Shown one piece after another: positions 36,958 through 43,466 of a stretch of 43,466 nt of DNA; the first letter of the stretch is position 1, and each line of letters starts with the position of its first letter. Made by a program: the position numbers and the translations under genes. Under the pieces are notes generated by a model, which had not been told where the DNA came from, made no database searches, and saw nothing but the letters and a program-made list of their open reading frames with translations. Location of the stretch: the NCBI GenBank assembly GCA_039934485.1, contig JBDTMB010000003.1, forward strand, positions 1-43,466, written 5' to 3'. Source of the DNA: Vicinamibacterales bacterium (GTDB lineage Bacteria > Acidobacteriota > Vicinamibacteria > Vicinamibacterales > UBA2999).

Positions 36958-38700
36958 ATGCGCAGAATTCATCTATCGGTTGCCCTCCTGATCATCGCGT
37001 TGTCATCGGGTGCGGTGGACGCACGCCAGGGCAACCACCGCGCGGCGCTGGATCTCATCAAAGACGCCGACCTTCGCACGTGGTTGACCTACATCTCGTC
37101 CGACGAGTTGGAAGGGCGCGCGACGTTCTCCGAGGGCATTGGCCTGGCGGCCAGTTACATCACGCAGCACTTGCGCGAGTGGGGCGTGAAGCCGGGTGGG
37201 GACCACGACTCCTACTTACAGGCGGTCAAGGTGCTCGGCGTGCGCTCGACCAGCCGGTCGACGCTGACGGTTGAAGTGAACGGGCAGAGCAAGGTCTTCA
37301 AGGACGGTGAGGGCCTGGAATTCCCCAAGAATGTGGGCGGCAAGCGCACCTTCACTGTCGATCGTGTCGAGTTCATGGGCTACGGGCTCGACGCTCCGGC
37401 CGCGAACCACCTGGACTATGCGGGTAAAGATGTGAAGGGCGCCGCAGTGGTGTGGCTCGGTCCCGCGGGCCCCAGCGGCGTCGACGCCGCCACGTATCGG
37501 CGACTGATCACCGGCCGGAACCGCTACGCCACCGACCAACTTGGCGCGCTGGCGGCCCTCGGTCCCGCGGTCGGGGGCTTCGGCGGCGGCGGTGGTGGGG
37601 GAGGCGCGGCTCCGACTCCGGCGCCGGCGGCTGGAGGTGGCGGCGGATTTGGCGGCGCGGCGATCCCGCGCTCCGACTTCACGACCGTGCAAAGGCTTGA
37701 TACCCCCCAGCCTCCGGCCGTGACGGCCAAGGATGAATTGTTTGACTTCCTGTTCAGCGCGGCGCCCGAAAAGTACGCCGCCCTGAAGGAGAAGGCGTCG
37801 AAGAAAGAGGCGTTGCCTCACTTCACCATAGGCGGGGTCAAGCTCACGTTCGCGCTCGATACCGATTACGAAATTGTCCAGACCCAGGTGGCCCACAACG
37901 TCGTCGGCATCATCCCGGGGTCTGACCCCAGGCTGAGAGACACCTACGTCGCGTTCGGCGCCCATTTCGACCATGTCGGATATGCCCAGGGGGAACTGAC
38001 CAAGGGCGCGGACGGGACGCTGCGGCGTGCCGGCTCGGTGGGCCGCGTGACGCCGTCAGCCACTGACGATCGCATCTGGAACGGCGCCGACGATGACGGC
38101 TCAGGCACGGTGGCCCTGATGTCGCTGGCCAAGGCGTTTTCGCAGGGCAGCAAACCGAAGCGCTCGGTCATCATTGTCTGGCACGTGGGCGAGGAGCGCG
38201 GGCTCTGGGGTTCTCGCTACTTCGCGGACTATCCGACGGTGCCCATCGACAAGATCGTGGCGCAGCTCAATATCGACATGATTGGCCGCAATCGGGATGA
38301 CAAGGCGGAAGAAGCCAACTCGGTCTACCTGGTGGGCTCCGACCGGATCAGCACGGAATTGCACCGGCTCAACATCGACGCCAACGCGAGCCTGCCCAAG
38401 CCGCTCAAGCTCGATTACGAGATGAACGATCCGGCCGACCTCGAGCAGGTCTACTACCGCAGCGACCACTACAGCTACGCCGCCAAGGGGATCCCGATCA
38501 CCTTTTATACGACCGGCCTGCATCCCGACTACCACGCCAATACCGACGACGTGAGCAAGATCAACTTCGAGAAGATGACCCGCATCGTCCAGCTCGTTTA
38601 CGAAACCGGGCGCCGCACGGCCGACCTCGATCACGCCCCCGTCCGCGACAACCTCGGTCCGCGCGCCGGCAAGGCCACGACCAGCACCGCACAGCGTTGA
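36958..38700 (+). CDS. Secreted M28 family metallopeptidase with PA-like insert
   Basis: Signal peptide, SDELEGR, GAHFDH, NGADDDGSG, GEERGLWGS, LNIDMIGR, RSDHYSY, HPDYH. Confidence 0.9.
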   Translation: MRRIHLSVALLIIALSSGAVDARQGNHRAALDLIKDADLRTWLTYISSDELEGRATFSEGIGLAASYITQHLREWGVKPGGDHDSYLQAVKVLGVRSTSRSTLTVEVNGQSKVFKDGEGLEFPKNVGGKRTFTVDRVEFMGYGLDAPAANHLDYAGKDVKGAAVVWLGPAGPSGVDAATYRRLITGRNRYATDQLGALAALGPAVGGFGGGGGGGGAAPTPAPAAGGGGGFGGAAIPRSDFTTVQRLDTPQPPAVTAKDELFDFLFSAAPEKYAALKEKASKKEALPHFTIGGVKLTFALDTDYEIVQTQVAHNVVGIIPGSDPRLRDTYVAFGAHFDHVGYAQGELTKGADGTLRRAGSVGRVTPSATDDRIWNGADDDGSGTVALMSLAKAFSQGSKPKRSVIIVWHVGEERGLWGSRYFADYPTVPIDKIVAQLNIDMIGRNRDDKAEEANSVYLVGSDRISTELHRLNIDANASLPKPLKLDYEMNDPADLEQVYYRSDHYSYAAKGIPITFYTTGLHPDYHANTDDVSKINFEKMTRIVQLVYETGRRTADLDHAPVRDNLGPRAGKATTSTAQR

Positions 38701-38706
38701 ACATTT

Positions 38707-38865
38707 GGCACCGCTAAAGCGGTGCCCTACGACTGGATCTTCGGATCCGATCGTAGGGCACCCCTTTAGGGGTGCCGTCGTGCTTACGGATCGGATCGTA
38801 GGGCACCCCTTTAGGGGTGCCGTCGTGCTACGAATCGGATCGTAGGGCACCCCTTTAGGGGTGCC
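38707..38865. repeat. Cluster of four GTAG-family REP palindromes (one inverted, three tandem)
   Basis: Inverted copy at 38707..38730. Direct copies GTAGGGCACCCCTTTAGGGGTGCC at 38753, 38798 and 38842 (periods 45 and 44 bp) with near-identical linkers. Confidence 0.9.
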
Positions 38866-38913
38866 GGTTGCGCGTTCTATCGATTGACATTAGTTTGTTG
38901 TTCGTATAACACT

Positions 38914-39429
38914 ATGCAAACAACGGACACCAGAGTCGTGGCCGGCCTCAAACTCCTCACCGCCGTCGAAGCCGCGAAAGCCGTCACCAGGCTGACGGGG
39001 CGCAAGTGTTCGCCGCGCCGGGTCCGTCACTTGCTGGTCGACGGTGGTGTGGGCACCGAACTGCAGCCGCGTCAGCGCGGCCAGACGCGGCTGTTCGGCG
39101 CACTCGACCTGGCCTTCCTGCGCCTCTCCCTCGAACTCGAACGGCAGGGGGTGTCGTCGTGGGTCAGCAGGGTGGTCCTGACCTACCTTCGCAACGAACT
39201 GGTGCTGGCGTGGCGAGCAGGGTCGCCAGTGGGCCTGGCGGTTTCAGGCTTGCGCGGCACCATCCAGCCGGCGCTCAAGCCCCGGCCACCCAGGACCGTG
39301 GCCTGGGTCCCGCTGCGTGAGATCTGGCGAGGCCTGGACGCTGAGATCGGGGAGGTCCGGACCGCCCAGCCCAAGGTGTGGATGTGGCGCGACGTCGGGA
39401 TCCACGAGGTCAAGCGGTCAACCGCCTAG
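38914..39429 (+). CDS. Hypothetical protein with MerR-like HTH N-terminal domain
   Basis: LTAVEAAK...SPRRVRHLL...RGQTRLFGALDLAFLRL...LERQGVS follows the MerR winged-helix pattern. Start at ATG 38914; TTGACA at 38884 and TATAAC at 38905 lie upstream, with a short 15-bp spacer. Confidence 0.6.
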   Translation: MQTTDTRVVAGLKLLTAVEAAKAVTRLTGRKCSPRRVRHLLVDGGVGTELQPRQRGQTRLFGALDLAFLRLSLELERQGVSSWVSRVVLTYLRNELVLAWRAGSPVGLAVSGLRGTIQPALKPRPPRTVAWVPLREIWRGLDAEIGEVRTAQPKVWMWRDVGIHEVKRSTA

Positions 39430-39450
39430 TTCACCTTCACCGGCTTTCTG

Positions 39451-39479
39451 TTGACGCCATCCCCATGCGCCGTTACTTT
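39451..39479 (+). promoter_or_regulatory. Sigma70-type promoter for the TonB-dependent receptor
   Basis: TTGACG (39451..39456), 17 bp, TACTTT (39474..39479). Confidence 0.6.
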
Positions 39480-39523
39480 CCGTGACATCATTGTGTGGGC
39501 TTGATAGACAGCAGGGGGTTGGG

Positions 39524-42500
39524 ATGAGTGGCATCAAATTGAGGCTTGTTGCGCTAATAGGCGTGTTGGCGCTTGGCGTATTGGGAACCACCGGTGCTTC
39601 GGCGCAGGGCAGTTTCTTCTCGTCGTTGTCGGGCACGGTGGTCGACGCTTCCGGGGCGGTCATCCCTGGGGCGACGGTCAAAGTCCAAAATAACGGCACC
39701 GGTTCGGAAGTGGAAACGATCAGCGGCGCGGACGGCGGCTTCAACGTCCCCTCGTTGGCGGGTGGCAACTATTCGGTGACCGTCACCCTGATGGGCTTCA
39801 AGACCGCGATCCTCAAGTCGGTCACGGTCAACGCCGGTATTCCCGCGCAGGTGAAAGTCACGCTCGAACTGGGCGCCCTGTCGGAGAACATCACGGTGGT
39901 GGGCGAGTCGGCCACGGTCGTGCACTCGCAATCGCCGGCGATTTCGACCAACATCACCGGCCAGCAGATCACGAGCCTGCCGCTTACCAGCCGCAATGCC
40001 CTTGATTCATTGACGGCGCTCGCCGGCTTCAATACCTCCGGCGCGGCGCGCAGTTCCACCGTCAGCGGCCTGCCTCGCAGTGCCATCAACATCACGCTCG
40101 ATGGCATGAGCGTGCAGGACAACTACCTGAAGACCACTGACGGTTACTTTGCCCGCTTGAGCCCGCTGCTCGATTCGGTGGAGGAAGTCACGGTCACCAC
40201 GGCGGGCAACACGGCCGGTGACACCGGCCAGGGCGCCGTGCAGATCCGCTTCGTGACCAAGTCGGGCACCAACAGCTGGAACGGCACGGCCTACGAGTAC
40301 CTGCGCCATGACGCGTTGAACGCGAACACCTGGTTCCGCAACCGCGATCTCCCGCCGGACGCGGAGACCGGCAAGGCGCCGAAAGACAAGCTCCGCCAAT
40401 ACCAGCAGGGGTTTGCGCAGGGCGGCCCGATCATCAGGAACAAGTCCTTCTTCTTCTTCAACTATGAAGAGCTGCGCTCGCCGGCCGAGAGCACGCTGCA
40501 GCGCGTGATTCTCACGCCGTCGGCGTCGTCGGGCATCTTCAGCTACAACGCCGGCGGCGGCGTGCAGAATGTCAACCTGCTGCAGATCGCCGCGGCCAAC
40601 GGTCAGCTGGCGACGATCGATCCGACCGTGGCCAAGGTGCTGGCGAACATCCAGGCGGCGACCACGAAATCGGGCGGCGTGAGCGCGCTCAACAACCCCC
40701 TCGTCCAGCAGTACACCTGGTCGACGCCGACGACAAACTTCAATCCGTCGCCGACGGCCCGCGTGGACTACGAGATCACGAAGAGCCATCGCCTGACCGG
40801 TTCGGTTAACTACCGGCACATCAACTCGACCCCTGATACGACCAACAGCGCGCAATTGCCGTTCCCCAACGCCTTGCAGACGGGCAGCCAGCAGTCCACC
40901 CGCTGGACGACATCGGAATCGTTGCGGTCGACCTTCGGCAGCAGCCTGGTGAACGAGTTCCGCGTCGGCGCGTCCGGCGGCGCCACGTTGTTCTCGCCAG
41001 AGTTCGAGTCCAACATGTGGTCGGATACCAACGGCTACCGCCTGAACCTCAACGGCGCGTGCTGCGGCACCGGCGCCGCCCTCACCAACTGGAGCCTCGG
41101 CTCCGGCCAGTCGTCACGCGAGGCGTCTACCAAGGTCGTCGAGAACACCACGACCTGGCTGAAGGGCAACCACAACGTCTCGTTGGGCGGATCGTTCGTT
41201 GAGACCAATGTGTGGCTGCAGAACCAGACGCTGGTGCCCACCGCCAACTTCGGCCTGCTTGCGACGGAAGCGGCCGACGGGATCTTCAACACCACCACGC
41301 TCCCGGGCGCCTCCGCTGCTGATGTCACGCAGGCGAAGAATCTCTATGCCATCCTCACCGGCCGCATTACCTCGCTGACCGGCGACGCGCGCATCACGCC
41401 GGATGGCAGCGCCTATGTGCCGCTCGGACTGTCGCGGGCCGAAGGCCGCACCCGTGAAGTCAACTTCTTCGTCGCCGATTCCTGGCGCATGAGCCCCAGC
41501 GTCACCATCAGCGCCGGCCTGCGCTACGTGATGCAGAATCCCTTCTATCCCACCAACGAGAGCTACTCGACGGTGACCGAGGCAGGCCTCTACGGCAAGT
41601 CGGGGGTCGGCAACCTGTTCATGCCCGGCACCTTGACGGGGGCCCGATCCGGGTTCGTCCAGTATCCGTCTGGCACCTACGCCTACAACGTGGATCGCAA
41701 CAACTTCGCGCCGAGCCTGGGTTTTGCCTGGCAGCTGCCGCCGTCGGACAACGCCATTGGCCGGCTCTTCATGGGTGCCGCCGAGGGGGACAGCGTGATC
41801 CGCGCCGGCGCGGCCATGGCGTTCCAGCGGCCGGGCATGTCGGACTTCACCGGCGTGTTCGGCGCCAACCAGGGCATCTCGGTGAACCTGACGCGCGACT
41901 CCAGCAACGTCATCGGATCGTTCCCGATGCTGCTGCGCAACGCCAACCAGATGGCGCTGCCAGCGGCGCCGTCGGCGAGCCGTCCGATCTTCCCGACCGC
42001 GATCACCAACAGCGTGAACATGTTCGACGCCAACCTGCAGAACCCGTACACCCAGTCCTACACGGTCGGCTGGCAGCGCAAGCTGGGCCGTGACACGGCG
42101 TTCGAGCTGCGCTATGTCGGCAGCCGCCACCGTCAGGACTGGGAGACGGTCAACCTGAACGAGGTCAGCATCACCGACAACGGCTTCGTGCAGGAGTTCC
42201 GCAAGGCCCAGGCCAACCTCCAGGCGAACATCGCGGCCGGCCGCGGCGCGACCTTCGCCTATACCGGCGTGGCCGGCACCTCGCCGCTGCCGACCTTCCT
42301 CGCGTTTTTTCAGGGTCTGCCGAGCGGGCAGGCCGGGAGCACGGCGAGCTACACGAGCACGCAGTTCACCAACGCGACCAACTTGGGATTCCTCGCGGCG
42401 CAGAACCCGAACCCGTTCGGGTTCGCGTCCACGAACTCGACAAGCGGCTTCGTCGGCAACGCGGGCTTCCGCGCCAACGGGATCACCGCGGGTCTGCCGG

Positions 42501-43466
42501 CGAACTTCTTCCTCGCCAACCCGGACGTGCTGGGTGGCACCGCCAACAACTCGGGCGGCGCCAACCTCACGACCAATTTCGGCGGCACGCGCGCCAACTC
42601 GATGCAGTTCGAGTTCCGCAAGCGGCTGTCGAACGGTGTGGCCTTCAGCACCAGCTACGCCTGGGCGAGCGCCTGGATGATGCAGCGCTACGGTTTCCAG
42701 CACGCGGCTGAAGAGATCGCGCAGGCCGGCCAGGTCGGCAACGTCCAGCACGCAGTGAAGGGTAACTGGATCTACGAGTTGCCGTTCGGCGAGGGCAAGC
42801 GGTGGGGCGGCCACTCGGGCGGCGTGATCAACGTGCTGCTCGGCGGCTGGGAGTTCGACGGCGTCGGCCGCATCCAGACCGGCGAACAGATCGACTTCGG
42901 CAACGTGCGCCTCGTCGGCATGAGCGAAGGCGAGTTCCGCAAGTCGGTGGAGCTGCGGGTCGCGTCCAACGGCCAGCTGTTCATCCTGCCGCAGGACATC
43001 ATCGACAACACCGTGAAGGCGTTCCAAACGAGTGCGACGACGGCCAACGGCTACGGCGCGCTCGGCGCGCCGACCGGCCGCTACCTCGCGCCGGCCAACG
43101 GGCCGGACTGCCTCGAGACCTCACCAGGCTCCGGCGATTGCGGCATCCGGACGCTGGTGGCGAACGCGCCGCGGCTGGTGCGATTCGACCTCAGCATGGT
43201 GAAGCGCGTGAAGATCCGCGGCAACGTGAACTTCGAGTTCCGCGCCGAGATGCTGAACGCGTTGAACTCGCCGTACTTCAACATCGCCACGACCGGCGGC
43301 CAGCCGCTGGGTGTGACGACGTCGTACTACGGTCCGGGCGGGCCGTACGCCAACTTCAACAACGGGTCGTACCCGGCGGGCAACGCGGTGTCGGGCGCGA
43401 GCGCCGACAGCTTGCGCCTGATCGGCCTGCTCGGCGACAACTCAAGCCGTATCATTCAGCTGGTCT
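39524..43466 (+). CDS. TonB-dependent receptor (Oar-like) with N-terminal carboxypeptidase regulatory-like domain, 3'-truncated by the window edge
   Basis: Absent from the ORF track because it has no stop in the window. ATG 39524: MSGIKLRLVALIGVLAL...LSGTVVDASGAVIPGATV..., ITSLPLTSRN, NITLDG, VTKSGTN, LNANTWF, NNFAPSLGFAW, FEFRAEMLN, ending SRIIQLV. Same frame confirmed at 40322, 41462, 43202 and 43442. Confidence 0.92.
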   Translation, partial: MSGIKLRLVALIGVLALGVLGTTGASAQGSFFSSLSGTVVDASGAVIPGATVKVQNNGTGSEVETISGADGGFNVPSLAGGNYSVTVTLMGFKTAILKSVTVNAGIPAQVKVTLELGALSENITVVGESATVVHSQSPAISTNITGQQITSLPLTSRNALDSLTALAGFNTSGAARSSTVSGLPRSAINITLDGMSVQDNYLKTTDGYFARLSPLLDSVEEVTVTTAGNTAGDTGQGAVQIRFVTKSGTNSWNGTAYEYLRHDALNANTWFRNRDLPPDAETGKAPKDKLRQYQQGFAQGGPIIRNKSFFFFNYEELRSPAESTLQRVILTPSASSGIFSYNAGGGVQNVNLLQIAAANGQLATIDPTVAKVLANIQAATTKSGGVSALNNPLVQQYTWSTPTTNFNPSPTARVDYEITKSHRLTGSVNYRHINSTPDTTNSAQLPFPNALQTGSQQSTRWTTSESLRSTFGSSLVNEFRVGASGGATLFSPEFESNMWSDTNGYRLNLNGACCGTGAALTNWSLGSGQSSREASTKVVENTTTWLKGNHNVSLGGSFVETNVWLQNQTLVPTANFGLLATEAADGIFNTTTLPGASAADVTQAKNLYAILTGRITSLTGDARITPDGSAYVPLGLSRAEGRTREVNFFVADSWRMSPSVTISAGLRYVMQNPFYPTNESYSTVTEAGLYGKSGVGNLFMPGTLTGARSGFVQYPSGTYAYNVDRNNFAPSLGFAWQLPPSDNAIGRLFMGAAEGDSVIRAGAAMAFQRPGMSDFTGVFGANQGISVNLTRDSSNVIGSFPMLLRNANQMALPAAPSASRPIFPTAITNSVNMFDANLQNPYTQSYTVGWQRKLGRDTAFELRYVGSRHRQDWETVNLNEVSITDNGFVQEFRKAQANLQANIAAGRGATFAYTGVAGTSPLPTFLAFFQGLPSGQAGSTASYTSTQFTNATNLGFLAAQNPNPFGFASTNSTSGFVGNAGFRANGITAGLPANFFLANPDVLGGTANNSGGANLTTNFGGTRANSMQFEFRKRLSNGVAFSTSYAWASAWMMQRYGFQHAAEEIAQAGQVGNVQHAVKGNWIYELPFGEGKRWGGHSGGVINVLLGGWEFDGVGRIQTGEQIDFGNVRLVGMSEGEFRKSVELRVASNGQLFILPQDIIDNTVKAFQTSATTANGYGALGAPTGRYLAPANGPDCLETSPGSGDCGIRTLVANAPRLVRFDLSMVKRVKIRGNVNFEFRAEMLNALNSPYFNIATTGGQPLGVTTSYYGPGGPYANFNNGSYPAGNAVSGASADSLRLIGLLGDNSSRIIQLV

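Noticed and set aside
37573-37660. GGC-rich repeats in the M28 peptidase and in the 32403..33026 gene
   Set aside because: They encode ordinary Gly-rich low-complexity linkers.
38707-38865. Possible CRISPR array (24-bp palindromic repeats with ~21-bp spacers)
   Set aside because: The spacers are nearly identical to each other, one copy is inverted, the same unit occurs singly at 33112, it has a GTAG foot, and no cas genes are present. It is better explained as a REP cluster.

Overview
GC-rich bacterial chromosomal segment, probably Acidobacteriota (inferred from duplicated-MacB/ADOP-type permeases, an Oar-like TonB-dependent receptor with a carboxypeptidase-regulatory domain, and Gly-rich secreted proteins). 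It carries about 34 densely packed genes and gene remnants. Housekeeping and metabolic genes include osmC, an ftsB-like gene, cutA, a Cys/Met PLP enzyme, rnc, hutU, hutH, purA and ppk1. Signalling genes include a PP2C/SpoIIE phosphatase, a FIST protein plus hybrid kinase, a PilZ protein and PilT. There are also transporters and a catabolic-looking cluster with two twin-arginine HisC-like aminotransferases. I found no rRNA, tRNA, CRISPR array, transposase or integrase. The most notable observations are: (1) a phased 13 x 8-bp array in the AT-rich region upstream of a small RHH-like gene that is translationally coupled to ftsB; (2) an internal hutU promoter with a palindromic spacer, upstream of an atypical ATPase-wHTH gene that may be a non-HutC hut regulator; (3) a DUF2277-like gene bracketed by inverted heptamer arrays; (4) GTAG-REP clusters showing stem covariation; (5) a palindromic element in frame inside a membrane-protein gene; (6) a collapsed remnant of a second ADOP permease and two deletion-type frameshifts. 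All family assignments come from motif recognition only; no database searches were run.
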